NCBI GenBank assembly: GCA_016177735.1
Contig: JACOUS010000026.1
Span: 2,375-66,374, forward strand
DNA length: 64,000 nt
Direction of reading: 5' to 3'
Origin: Ignavibacteriales bacterium
Lineage (GTDB): Bacteria > Bacteroidota > Ignavibacteria > Ignavibacteriales > Melioribacteraceae
Part shown: one piece after another, positions 20,958-30,864 of the stretch
Position numbering within the stretch: the first letter of the stretch is position 1
How the letters are laid out: each line of letters begins with the position of its first letter
Notes under the pieces: generated by a model
What the model saw: only the letters and a program-made list of their open reading frames with translations
What the model was told of the DNA's origin: nothing
Databases searched by the model: none
Position numbers and translations under genes: made by a program

Positions 20958-21527
20958 TTAACGGTGACAGGCAGAGCAATTTTCAGGACCGATATTTACT
21001 TGTTTCAAATACGGAAGATTTTCATGCGGTGCACGATGACAATCCAAACAAGCTTTCATCGTAAACTGCCGAACCTGATTTACAACTTCCATTTGTTTAA
21101 CATCGCCGTGACAGCTTGCGCAGTCAATTCCCTTATTCACATGCACACTGTGATTGAAGTACGCGTAGTCCGGCACCTTGTGAATTCTCTTCCAAGGAAT
21201 TGGTTTGCCTTCTTCGTAATACTGAGTTAGTCTGATAATTTCTGGTTTGTCTTTGCGTGCAACCGAATGGCAATTCATACAAATATTCGCGGAAGGAATT
21301 GTAGCGAATCGGTTTTTGGTTACTCCAACGTGGCAATACTGGCAATCAATTGCCATTGTACCGGCATGAAGCTTATGAGAAAATTTGATTGGCTGCTCTG
21401 GAGCGTATCCTATCCCGTCCCGCTCCGGTCTTGAAATATAATATGTTAAAACGTATGTAGCCGCAATTACAAACAGTGTTAAAGGCAAACGAATTTTAAG
21501 AACGTGATCAAGAACGGTTTTTTTCAT
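20958..21527 (-). CDS. actA: Alternative complex III pentaheme cytochrome c ActA
   Basis: N-terminal TM, PEQPIKFSHKLHAG, five CxxCH motifs (CQYCH, CMNCH, CASCH, CLDCH, CSACH). Confidence 0.95.
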   Translation of the reverse strand: MKKTVLDHVLKIRLPLTLFVIAATYVLTYYISRPERDGIGYAPEQPIKFSHKLHAGTMAIDCQYCHVGVTKNRFATIPSANICMNCHSVARKDKPEIIRLTQYYEEGKPIPWKRIHKVPDYAYFNHSVHVNKGIDCASCHGDVKQMEVVNQVRQFTMKACLDCHRAPHENLPYLKQVNIGPENCSACHR

Positions 21528-21858
21528 TTATAGCCTATTAATAGAATTCCCTTCGTTAATTCTTTTAAAGTGGGTTAATAATGAATTGATATCTTATCCG
21601 AAAATGTTTTGTAGCTCGTGCTATTTTTAGGATTCATCATTTATAAAAAATCAGGTTATTCGGATATGATATATAGTTAACGAAAATTTTGTGAACTAAA
21701 ATAAGAAATGAGAAACAAAAACAAAAAAATATTAGAGAGAAAAATTGAAAAATAAAATTCTTGTAAAAGACCTTTTAATCTTTCAAAAAGAGAAGGAGTT
21801 TTTGTTTGAACGAACAAATGAGAAAAATATTTACAACAAGAATGCTTAAGTGATGAGA

Positions 21859-22839
21859 TTAATTTTTTCTTTCAACAACAAAACGAACAAGCGATTCGAG
21901 CCCGGCTTTTGCTTCGGAGTTTTCAAATACACTTAAATTATTTATTGCCTTCAGTGCATACTCATTCGAAACATTTTCTGCGTAGCTGATACCCTTATGA
22001 GTTTTTACAAATTCAATGACGCGATCAACATTTAATTTCTTGCCGCCGTTTTTAATCGCACTCAAAATACTTTTGGCTTCGCCGTCGCTCGAATTTTTTA
22101 ATGCGTAAATCAACGGAAGCGTGAGTTTCTTCTCTTTAATATCTCCGCCGAGCGGCTTGCCGAAAATTTTAGATGAGCCTACATAATCGAGAATATCATC
22201 TCTAATCTGAAAAGCGATGCCGAGATTTTCTCCGTAATCTCTCATCGCGTTTATTTTGTTTTCATCATCAGTTGCGGCACGCGCTCCAATTTCGCAACAT
22301 GTAGAAATCAACGAAGCGGTTTTATCGGAAATAATTTTGAAATAAGTTTCTTCGTCGTTATCAAGTTTGCGCGTTTTGTTAATCTGTAATAATTCACCTT
22401 CGGACATTCTTTTAACTGTTCCGGTAACAACACGAAGAAAATCAAAATCGTTTCCGTCAACAGCAAGCAGTAGTCCTCTTGCAAGCAGATAATCCCCCAT
22501 CAACACGGCAACTTTATTTTTGAAAACAGCATTGATGGATTTAAATCCTCTTCTCTGTTCTGCATGATCAACAACATCATCGTGAACTAACGTAGCAGTA
22601 TGAAGCAATTCGACAAGTGTGGCGCCGCGGAAACTTCTTTCATTAACATTGCCCGCTAATTTGCTTGCAAGCAGAACGAGAATGGGTCTTATTTTTTTTC
22701 CTTTTTGCCGTAAGATGTACCTTGTAACAAGATCAACAATGCTAACTTTAGATTTCATAGACTTCTTGAAATAATCATTGAAAATTTCAAGTTCGTCTTG
22801 TACAAGGCGGGTAATTTCCGGAAGTGATTTTATATTCAA
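21859..22839 (-). CDS. Polyprenyl diphosphate synthase (IspB-like)
   Basis: GKKIRP, HTATLVHDDVVD, RRG, GDYL, KTA, AFQIRDDILD aspartate-rich motifs. Confidence 0.93.
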   Translation of the reverse strand: MNIKSLPEITRLVQDELEIFNDYFKKSMKSKVSIVDLVTRYILRQKGKKIRPILVLLASKLAGNVNERSFRGATLVELLHTATLVHDDVVDHAEQRRGFKSINAVFKNKVAVLMGDYLLARGLLLAVDGNDFDFLRVVTGTVKRMSEGELLQINKTRKLDNDEETYFKIISDKTASLISTCCEIGARAATDDENKINAMRDYGENLGIAFQIRDDILDYVGSSKIFGKPLGGDIKEKKLTLPLIYALKNSSDGEAKSILSAIKNGGKKLNVDRVIEFVKTHKGISYAENVSNEYALKAINNLSVFENSEAKAGLESLVRFVVERKN

Positions 22840-23591
22840 GTTTTCTTTTGGAATATTTTTGAGACTAAAATACTTATTTCATATAAAATAACCAACGGAA
22901 CTGCGAGGATGACTTGCGAAACCGGGTCTGTACCCGGTGTTAAAATTGCAGCGAGAATTAAAATTGCTACGAAAGAATGTCTGCGGTATTTGCGCATAAT
23001 CTTCGGCGAAAGAATTCCGAGTTTAGAAAGAAAAAACGAAAGCATCGGAAGTTCGAACACGAGTCCGGCGCCCAAAATTACGCTGAGAATTATCGAGAAG
23101 TATTCGTCAATCGAAAAATTATTTTCAATCATCGGCGAACCGAACTGCGCGGCAAAACTTAAAGCCATCGGCAGCATAACAAAATATGCGAAAGCAACAC
23201 CGAGCAAAAAACATAATGTTGTAAAGACAACAATTGCAGTAATAAATTTTTTTTCTCTTTCCTTTAATGCCGGCGCAATAAATTTCCAGAGTTGATAAAC
23301 AACATTCGGGAAGCTGAGTATCAAGCCGAGAATTATTGCAACTTGAAAATAGATAAACAACTGTCCGAAGGGGCGGAGATTCTGAAGTTTAAGATTCGAT
23401 GTACGTGCCGGAAGAAGAAGAACTTTATCAACAAAGAAGTCGATAAAGATCCATGCGATGATTGTACCGATTGCAATTCCAATCAACGAATAGATAATCC
23501 GCCACCTCAATTCTTCGAGGTGGTCGAGAAATGTCATTTCAATTTCTTGCCCGGATGATTTATCGGAATGATTTTTTTCCTCTGTGCTCAC
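22836..23591 (-). CDS. tatC: Twin-arginine translocase subunit TatC
   Basis: MTFLDHLEELRWR, QLWKFIAPAL, FELP, AAILTPGTDP. Confidence 0.97.
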   Translation of the reverse strand: MSTEEKNHSDKSSGQEIEMTFLDHLEELRWRIIYSLIGIAIGTIIAWIFIDFFVDKVLLLPARTSNLKLQNLRPFGQLFIYFQVAIILGLILSFPNVVYQLWKFIAPALKEREKKFITAIVVFTTLCFLLGVAFAYFVMLPMALSFAAQFGSPMIENNFSIDEYFSIILSVILGAGLVFELPMLSFFLSKLGILSPKIMRKYRRHSFVAILILAAILTPGTDPVSQVILAVPLVILYEISILVSKIFQKKT

Positions 23592-23601
23592 TTGAATTCA
23601 A

Positions 23602-24903
23602 CTAATTTAATTCAGGGTACAAAGGAAACTTACCGCACAATTCTGCAACTTCTTTTCTTATTGAAATCAGTTCGGTTTCGTTATCAAGATTTCTGATCGC
23701 TCTATCAATATATGATGCGATAATTTTCATTTCATTTTCTTTCATGCCGCGTGTTGTAACTGCGGGCGTTCCAATTCTAATTCCGCTTGTAACAAACGGA
23801 CTTTTCGAATCGAAGGGAATCATATTTTTATTTACAGTGATGCCGGCTGCGCCAAGTGCGTTTTCAACTTTCTTGCCGCTTAAATCTTTCTTCGTTAAAT
23901 CCACAAGCATCAAATGATTATCGGTTCCACCTGAAACAATATCGTATCCGTAATTTATCAATTCGCCGGCAAGTGTCTGTGCATTCTTAATAATTTGTTT
24001 TGCGTAACCCGTGAATGAATCTTGCAAAGCTTCGCCGAACGCAACAGCTTTTGCCATAATTATGTGCATCAACGGACCGCCCTGAATACCGGGCATTACC
24101 ATTCCGTCAAAAATTTCGGACATTAATTTTAAGCGGTCGCCTTTTATTGTTTTGATACCAAGCGGATTTTCGCGATCCTTCCCCATCATAATAATTCCGC
24201 CGCGAGGACCGCGTAAAGTTTTGTGTGTTGTGGAAGTTACAACATCGCAGTACGGAAGCGGATTACTCAGCAAACCTTTAGCAATTAATCCAGCCGGGTG
24301 AGCAATATCGCACATTAACATTGCGTCAACGCTGTCTGCAATTTGTCTGAACTTTGCAAAATCCCAATCACGCGAGTATGCACTTGCGCCCATAACAATT
24401 AATTTTGGTTTTTCTCTTTTGGCAATATCTTCGATAAGATTGTAATCGAGAACTTTTGTTTCTTTGTTTAGTGTGTATGGAACGGCACGGTAAATTTGTC
24501 CCGAAAAATTTACAAGCGAGCCGTGTGTTAAATGCCCCCCGTGATCGAGACTCAAACCGAGAATTGTATCGCCCGGTTTTAATAGCGCCATATAAGCCGC
24601 CATATTCGCTTGCGAGCCGCTGTGCGGCTGAACATTTACATATTCGGCATCGAATAATTTTCTGAGACGTTCGCGCGCCAAATCTTCAGCCATGTCAACA
24701 ATTTCACAGCCGCCGTAATATCTTTTGCCCGGATAACCTTCGGCATATTTATTCGTAAGTACCGAACCGGCTGCGCTAAGCACGGCAAGGCTCACAAAAT
24801 TTTCGGAAGCAATTAATTCTAAATTTGTCTGCTGACGTTCAATTTCAAGTTTTGCTATCTTCAGAACTTCAGGATCTGCAGTAAGAAAATTTAACATAAA
24901 CAT
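23602..24903 (-). CDS. glyA: Serine hydroxymethyltransferase
   Basis: [48 protein letters not shown]. Confidence 0.98.
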   Translation of the reverse strand: MFMLNFLTADPEVLKIAKLEIERQQTNLELIASENFVSLAVLSAAGSVLTNKYAEGYPGKRYYGGCEIVDMAEDLARERLRKLFDAEYVNVQPHSGSQANMAAYMALLKPGDTILGLSLDHGGHLTHGSLVNFSGQIYRAVPYTLNKETKVLDYNLIEDIAKREKPKLIVMGASAYSRDWDFAKFRQIADSVDAMLMCDIAHPAGLIAKGLLSNPLPYCDVVTSTTHKTLRGPRGGIIMMGKDRENPLGIKTIKGDRLKLMSEIFDGMVMPGIQGGPLMHIIMAKAVAFGEALQDSFTGYAKQIIKNAQTLAGELINYGYDIVSGGTDNHLMLVDLTKKDLSGKKVENALGAAGITVNKNMIPFDSKSPFVTSGIRIGTPAVTTRGMKENEMKIIASYIDRAIRNLDNETELISIRKEVAELCGKFPLYPELN

Positions 24904-24928
24904 CCGTAGTTGTTGTTATAGAATTTTA

Positions 24929-26167
24929 TCACGGTACATTAACACTTCTTCCGATCCATGGATAACACGGACCTTCAATTTTAATAGCATCACCGCTTTT
25001 CAGTTTTCTGAAGAAATAATCTTCTTTTGTCGGAATCGAATTTTGCAATGCTTTCACACGGTCGGCGGCAGTAGATGAATTCTGACCTCCCATTGTTGCG
25101 GCTTTGCGATATGTATTTACCGAAAGCAGATAAACACACTTCGCCATAAAATCAAATTCGCAAGCACGGGCTGCTTGTTCGTATAATTGTGCTTCAATCA
25201 TAACAGGATAATCCCAATTGGCATCAATGTTCATTGCTTTTTGTAAATATGTTCTTGAAACAGAAAGCTGATCCATCTTTTTATAAATGAGAGCAATGTT
25301 CACATAGTTATCTTTTCCGTCCGGCTGTAACTCAATTAATTTTTTATAAGCAGAAAGAGCTTTATCAGTCTGCTCTAATTTATCATACATACTTGCAAGT
25401 TGTTTCCAGTAATTTATAACTGTCGGTGCTTTTGCTGTTAAAAATTCGAGAGGCTCAATTGCTTTTTCAAAATCTTGTGCTTTGATGCAAGTAGCGACAT
25501 ACTTCCACGCTTTTTCTAAATTTTCTTTATCAAAATCCCATGATTTTTTTGTAATGGCAACAAGCTCTTCAATATTTTCGGCAATCGATTCGAGTTTCTG
25601 ATTCCACAAGGGATTGTTGGCATCTTCTTCTGCAAGTTTGGAATAAAGATCGAGAGCTTTCAATTTGTAATCATTCGTTTCGGCGGCATTATTCACGTAA
25701 AGAACACCGAGTCTATCTTTATAGAAAGCATCGAGAGCCGGATCTTTTGCAATTGCGGCTTCATATAAAGCCATTGTTTCTTCGGGATTTGCTTGCACCC
25801 ATACTTCTTTTACATACGCTTTGCGTGCAGTATAAAATCCTTCAAGCTTCGGTTCATATTGAATTGCTTTATCATAAAAATAAATTATAGTATCCTGAAT
25901 CGCCTTCTTTTCCTGATCTGATATTTGAGTGCTGTCATGGTCAAACCAGAGTATCTCTTCCATCTTCTGGAAAATTTTGTTCTTCAAAAATTGGGAAGGA
26001 TCATTGTTGATTACTTTCCATCCGTAAGGAAGTGCGCTTGCAAAATCTTTGTTCTTGTGATATTCATAGAAGAGACTAAAATTAGCTACGTGATCATTCT
26101 GTGCTTTCACACTGCTCAGTGAAAGAGCCGCTAAAAAAACTATCAAGAAGAAATGTCCCCGTTTCAA
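24929..26167 (-). CDS. Exported tetratricopeptide-repeat protein
   Basis: Signal peptide ending VKA-Q; repeated helical TPR-like units (e.g. YWKQLASMYDKLEQTDKALSAYKKLIELQP). Confidence 0.8.
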   Translation of the reverse strand: MKRGHFFLIVFLAALSLSSVKAQNDHVANFSLFYEYHKNKDFASALPYGWKVINNDPSQFLKNKIFQKMEEILWFDHDSTQISDQEKKAIQDTIIYFYDKAIQYEPKLEGFYTARKAYVKEVWVQANPEETMALYEAAIAKDPALDAFYKDRLGVLYVNNAAETNDYKLKALDLYSKLAEEDANNPLWNQKLESIAENIEELVAITKKSWDFDKENLEKAWKYVATCIKAQDFEKAIEPLEFLTAKAPTVINYWKQLASMYDKLEQTDKALSAYKKLIELQPDGKDNYVNIALIYKKMDQLSVSRTYLQKAMNIDANWDYPVMIEAQLYEQAARACEFDFMAKCVYLLSVNTYRKAATMGGQNSSTAADRVKALQNSIPTKEDYFFRKLKSGDAIKIEGPCYPWIGRSVNVP

Positions 26168-26187
26168 TTTTGTGTTCCTTTATTTAG

Positions 26188-27435
26188 TTATCTATCAGTT
26201 CTTATAAACCAGAATTCTCCAATACTTAAAGTTATGGAAAATTTGTAAATATTTTCTGTCAATAAATTATTGTCTGTTGTTCCTCTTTTACCGTATTGAA
26301 AAGCAAGGTCCAAAGTATTATCGAAACCGAGCGGCACAGAAAAACCGGAGTAGAACGACAACTGATTCAATCCTTTTCCGTTAATTACATATTGTGACTG
26401 CTCGTAGCTTATACCACCGCGAAGCATTATGTGTGCCCAAAAACTTTGTGATCTTGATTCGGCATTTCGATATTCAACACCAAAGCTGAATTTTTGAAAA
26501 TCTCTCATCTGCTCGGATTTAACACCGTGGCGTTTCAGCTCACTCAGCGGCTGCCGTAAATAATCCAATAAGAATAAATAATTGTCTGCCCATTTTAACG
26601 AGAGCCCGATACCAAGCCGGTACGGCAAATCTGTTTTAAATGTTCCGCTTGAAGAAACAACATCGCCGATTACTGTTGAAGAAGTATTTGTTGAATCGGT
26701 TGTTAATTTTACCGAATTAGAAAAAGTTAATCCCAATCTTACATCATTGAGATTTTCAACGCCGAAAATTTCTGAAAGATTATTTGAAATAAGCCCGAGC
26801 GTAAATCCAACGCCTTTGTAGCTGTAATCGGTTTTAAATGACGCATCTCGAAAATCCGACGTGTCGTTAAACTCAATCGAAGTTTTGTATTGAATTTTAC
26901 CGGTGTAATATTCGAAAGCTGCGCCGATAGAAATATCCAGCGGAAGTTTGTACGACATTCCGGCAAAAGCTTTTGTGATTCCGCCTTCTCCCAAATAAAC
27001 AGAATTATACGGATCGACTAAATCACTTCGCTCTTCTCCCGCAATTTCATAATTAACTTTTGAATAAGGAGTTATACCGGCTGTAAAACTGATGCCGTAA
27101 TCTTCGGCAATCGGGAACCCAATCATTGCACCGGCAACAACGGTCTGTGAATGAAAAACCGATTCATTGCTTGAAGAAATTTTTGTTCCGTTATAAATGA
27201 GACCGGTTTCAAAACGTGTGAGACGTAATTTACTCCAGCTTGCCGGGTTCAAATAATTGAGATAATCAAAATCTGTTGTTGCTATTCCTAATTCACCGAA
27301 GCCCATTCTTCTTGCGGAAAAGGAGTAGTAATAATCGCCAAGACCGTACCGCGAATAAACCGATCCGCCGCCGGCAAATGATTCAACACTCAATGAGAGA
27401 ATAATTGCAAATAGTGTTATTATTTTTTTTATCAT
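26188..27435 (-). CDS. Outer-membrane beta-barrel protein (FadL-like, uncharacterised)
   Basis: Signal peptide, SVYSRYGLGD plug-like start, NPAS motif, alternating beta-strand pattern, aromatic C-terminus. Confidence 0.7.
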   Translation of the reverse strand: MIKKIITLFAIILSLSVESFAGGGSVYSRYGLGDYYYSFSARRMGFGELGIATTDFDYLNYLNPASWSKLRLTRFETGLIYNGTKISSSNESVFHSQTVVAGAMIGFPIAEDYGISFTAGITPYSKVNYEIAGEERSDLVDPYNSVYLGEGGITKAFAGMSYKLPLDISIGAAFEYYTGKIQYKTSIEFNDTSDFRDASFKTDYSYKGVGFTLGLISNNLSEIFGVENLNDVRLGLTFSNSVKLTTDSTNTSSTVIGDVVSSSGTFKTDLPYRLGIGLSLKWADNYLFLLDYLRQPLSELKRHGVKSEQMRDFQKFSFGVEYRNAESRSQSFWAHIMLRGGISYEQSQYVINGKGLNQLSFYSGFSVPLGFDNTLDLAFQYGKRGTTDNNLLTENIYKFSITLSIGEFWFIRTDR

Positions 27436-27437
27436 AA

Positions 27438-28643
27438 TTATTTCTTCCGGGAATAAATTATTTTGATTCTCGGGCGCAGACTAAGATTTGCTTCTTTGCT
27501 TCCGTAAAGCGCAATTCTTGCGGCACTTGTTTGTTCATCAAATAATTCTAAAGCTACACCTTGATTAGCAGTGCCTTGCAGCCAGCGCTGCACCATCCAC
27601 GAAATATCCCCCGAATAAACATTATCCGATCTCGATAAATAAGAAACAATCAAGCTATCCGATGTAAAAGTTTTTGCCGTACTGTCTTTCAACATGCGAA
27701 CCATAATTGTATCGGATTTCTGTGCGCCGTCTGTTGTTTTTGATTCATCAACTGTTAGTTCGAGCATCGCTCTGCTGACTATCAAATCTTTTGTAAGTGA
27801 TGATAAATCAAAAAACAAAAAGCCGCGCAGCGGATAACTTCCTTCAAGATAAATTTTATTTTCTTCTTGCGGAACGGTTCCGGTAAATACATGAGTATCC
27901 ATGTACGGAGTTACAGTTAACGTGTCTCTATCGTTCGAAGATTTTTTCAGTACAATCGTTAAATGCGGCTGTGCGGAATCGCTGTTCGCTTGTGATGAAC
28001 CCACTCCGATATAACTATTTGTAACATTCGGTTTAACAATTATGCCGTGATATTTGAGAGAAGTTTGAGTTGTATCGGAAATATATCTGAGCCAGTCAAA
28101 AACCAATTGCTGATCGAGATCGAATTGAAATGTTGAATCACTTTGGTTAACAACTTTTGAGATTGCAACATCGGCAGCATCGTAAAAAGAAGAGCCGTAA
28201 ATTTCCAGACTGTCTCTGTCAAATCCGAGTGAACTCCACTTGCTCAAAATTTTATGAACGGAAAAATTAAACGGCTCTGTTTTATCGCCGAGGGAATATA
28301 AAGGCAACAGTTTAATCCACGCACGTTCAACGGTTGCTTCGTTATTTTTAATATACTCTTTTATTGAATCCGGCAAATAAACTGTGAATTGAAACAACAG
28401 CGAAGATTCGGCATAATCATTCTTGCCGATAATAAGTCTTGAAGAGAGTCCAAGGACTTCGTTGGTTTCATAAAAATGTGATGATTGCTGTGCTTTGGCA
28501 GAATCGGTATTATACTCACCGAATTTTATTTTATCCTGATCCGGTATCAAATTCAAACCGTTTGAGGACGGATCATCATTGCACGAAGTGAAAATTGCAA
28601 ATGACAAAAAAGAAAGGAAGACAAACTTAAAAAGGTTATTCAA
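27438..28643 (-). CDS. Putative lipoprotein (DUF4270-like)
   Basis: Lipobox IFTSC; beta-rich; C-terminal P(R/K)IKIIYS; glgA neighbourhood as known for DUF4270 in Bacteroidota. Confidence 0.55.
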   Translation of the reverse strand: MNNLFKFVFLSFLSFAIFTSCNDDPSSNGLNLIPDQDKIKFGEYNTDSAKAQQSSHFYETNEVLGLSSRLIIGKNDYAESSLLFQFTVYLPDSIKEYIKNNEATVERAWIKLLPLYSLGDKTEPFNFSVHKILSKWSSLGFDRDSLEIYGSSFYDAADVAISKVVNQSDSTFQFDLDQQLVFDWLRYISDTTQTSLKYHGIIVKPNVTNSYIGVGSSQANSDSAQPHLTIVLKKSSNDRDTLTVTPYMDTHVFTGTVPQEENKIYLEGSYPLRGFLFFDLSSLTKDLIVSRAMLELTVDESKTTDGAQKSDTIMVRMLKDSTAKTFTSDSLIVSYLSRSDNVYSGDISWMVQRWLQGTANQGVALELFDEQTSAARIALYGSKEANLSLRPRIKIIYSRKK

Positions 28644-29219
28644 TTATAAACCTCCGGAAAAATCTTTCTGTATGAAATCACAAGCGTCCTTAAAATTAGC
28701 GGCTACAAAATTGGGCTTTTTCCCCTGATTATGCAAGCTATTAATTTCTTCATCAAAGTTATCTTGTTTTACCAAAATTGTTTTTACGCCGGCGTTAATT
28801 CCGCAAAGGACGTCAATACCCTTATCCCCGATCATATATGATTTGCTTAAATCAATCTTATGATCATTTGATGCTTGTACAATCATTTGCGGAGATGGTT
28901 TCCTACATTCCGATTCTTCGGGCGTACTGTATTTGGGATGGTACGGACAATAATAAAAATCATCTATCTCTGTTCCGGCATTTTTCAACAGCTCATTAAT
29001 CTTTGCATTTACTTTGCGAACGTCTTCGTGCGTCATTATTCCGTATGCAATTCCGGCTTGATTTGATATAACAATTACCTTGAAATGAAATTCTGTTTTT
29101 AATTTTTTGATTCCTTCGGCAACTCCGGGCAGCAGAATAACTTGTTCGGGATTTTTCACATAACCCGAGTCATAATTAATCGTCCCGTCTCTGTCCAAAA
29201 AAACTGCGGCGTTGTACAT
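28644..29219 (-). CDS. gmhB: HAD-IIIA phosphatase, D-glycero-D-manno-heptose 1,7-bisphosphate phosphatase-like
   Basis: FLDRDGTIN, SNQAGI, CPYHP...CRKPSP, MIGDK. Confidence 0.85.
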   Translation of the reverse strand: MYNAAVFLDRDGTINYDSGYVKNPEQVILLPGVAEGIKKLKTEFHFKVIVISNQAGIAYGIMTHEDVRKVNAKINELLKNAGTEIDDFYYCPYHPKYSTPEESECRKPSPQMIVQASNDHKIDLSKSYMIGDKGIDVLCGINAGVKTILVKQDNFDEEINSLHNQGKKPNFVAANFKDACDFIQKDFSGGL

Positions 29220-29224
29220 CTAAA

Positions 29225-30712
29225 TTAATCGGTGAGTTTTTTATAAAGGTCAACATATTTTTTAGCCGAATTAATCCAGCTAAAGTTGGACTTCATCCCG
29301 TTCTTCATGATAGCATGCCATGTTTCTTGATCGTTCGAATAAATCTTAATCGCCTTTTTGATTTCGGAAAGCATCTCGGCTGCAGAATATTTTTCGAATA
29401 CAAACCCGTTGCCGTTTCCGTTTTTAGAATCATACGGTTGAACTGTATCAGCCAAACCTCCGGTTTTGCGTGCAATAGGCACAGTGCCGTAAACCAAACT
29501 GTACATTTGATTCAATCCGCACGGTTCAAATTTCGAAGGCATCAGAAACATATCGGAACCGGCTTCAATTAAATGCGCAAGTTCTTCATCAAACCCGATG
29601 AAGCAAGAGAACTTTTCGGAATATTTTGATGCGGAGCTTGTAAAAAATTTCTGATATTGTTTATCGCCCGTGCCGAGCAATATTAGCCTGATATTCAATT
29701 TCATCAATTCGGGAAATGCTTTCTGCAGCAGATCAATCCCTTTGTCTTCGAACAAACGAGAAATCATGCCGATGACCGGAATATTTTCATCATATTTGAA
29801 ACCGAAATTTTCTGCAAGTGCTTTTTTATTTTCTTTTTTCTGATCAAGATTTTTTGCTGAATATTTTTGCGGAATTCTTGTATCAACTTCGGGGTTCCAG
29901 ATTGCCTCATCAATTCCGTTGATAATTCCGTACACATCTTTTTTGCGTTTACTCAATACATCTTGCAAGCCCGCACCAAAATCTTTGTACTGGCATAATT
30001 CTTTCGCATAAGTTTCGCTAACCGTATTAATCATATCTGAAAAAAGAAGACCACTTTTCAAAAAGTTGACTTTACCTTTGTGAAGAATTCCCTTCTCGCT
30101 TTCGAGTTCTTTCGGCAAAGCTGTTTTTGCAAATGATGATTTCGGGAAAGCACCTTGAAAAGATAAATTGTGAATTGTAAACAATGATTTGATCGGCGCA
30201 AACAAAGGATCTTTTTTATATGTTGATTTCAAATAAGCGGGAATCAACCCGGTTTGCCAGTCGTTGCAATGAATAATATCCGGTGTCCAGCCGAGTTTGG
30301 TAATTAATTCAAAGACAGCACGTGAAAGCAGAATAAATCTTTCATCGTTGTCTGGATAATCTTCGCCGCTAAGCGGATCAGAATAGAGGCTGTGGCGGCT
30401 TCCAAAATATTCCGGGTTATCAAGAAAATAAATTTGTACGCGGGTTTTCGGACCAATCAAAAAAGAAGAACGCAGTGCAAAAACAACCTCTTTTTCGCCA
30501 ATATTTATTTTAATGTCTTTTAATCTAACTACTTCATGTATTTTGAATTTTCTCTCATCAATCGCACCATATTTGGGCACAACAATGCGAACCTGATGCC
30601 CGGCTTCTTGCAATTTTTGAGGGAGTGCCGAGGAAACATCTGCTAAACCACCGGTTTTTATGAATGGAACTACTTCCGAAGTAACAAAAAGGATTTTATA
30701 CTTTGAAGGCAT
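29225..30712 (-). CDS. glgA: Glycogen synthase (GT5)
   Basis: KTGGLADV, HCNDWQT, TIHNL, NGID, SRL...KG, EPCGLNQM, TGGLADTV. Confidence 0.95.
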   Translation of the reverse strand: MPSKYKILFVTSEVVPFIKTGGLADVSSALPQKLQEAGHQVRIVVPKYGAIDERKFKIHEVVRLKDIKINIGEKEVVFALRSSFLIGPKTRVQIYFLDNPEYFGSRHSLYSDPLSGEDYPDNDERFILLSRAVFELITKLGWTPDIIHCNDWQTGLIPAYLKSTYKKDPLFAPIKSLFTIHNLSFQGAFPKSSFAKTALPKELESEKGILHKGKVNFLKSGLLFSDMINTVSETYAKELCQYKDFGAGLQDVLSKRKKDVYGIINGIDEAIWNPEVDTRIPQKYSAKNLDQKKENKKALAENFGFKYDENIPVIGMISRLFEDKGIDLLQKAFPELMKLNIRLILLGTGDKQYQKFFTSSASKYSEKFSCFIGFDEELAHLIEAGSDMFLMPSKFEPCGLNQMYSLVYGTVPIARKTGGLADTVQPYDSKNGNGNGFVFEKYSAAEMLSEIKKAIKIYSNDQETWHAIMKNGMKSNFSWINSAKKYVDLYKKLTD

Positions 30713-30864
30713 TTATTAGTATTCCTTCTGTTTTTAACAAACAAAAATACGAAAATTGATTCGTTCGACCAAAAACATTAGAAAATAAGCCTTCAAATTG
30801 TCTATTTTTGAAACCGTCGAATTACTCTGATGCCGAACTCTCATAAAAAATTTACGGCTGGCAA

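Noticed and set aside
21688..21706. Rex or FNR operator upstream of actA
   Set aside because: Only a TTGTGAA half-site; the second half does not match. The nearby TTGAT lacks a correctly spaced ATCAA.
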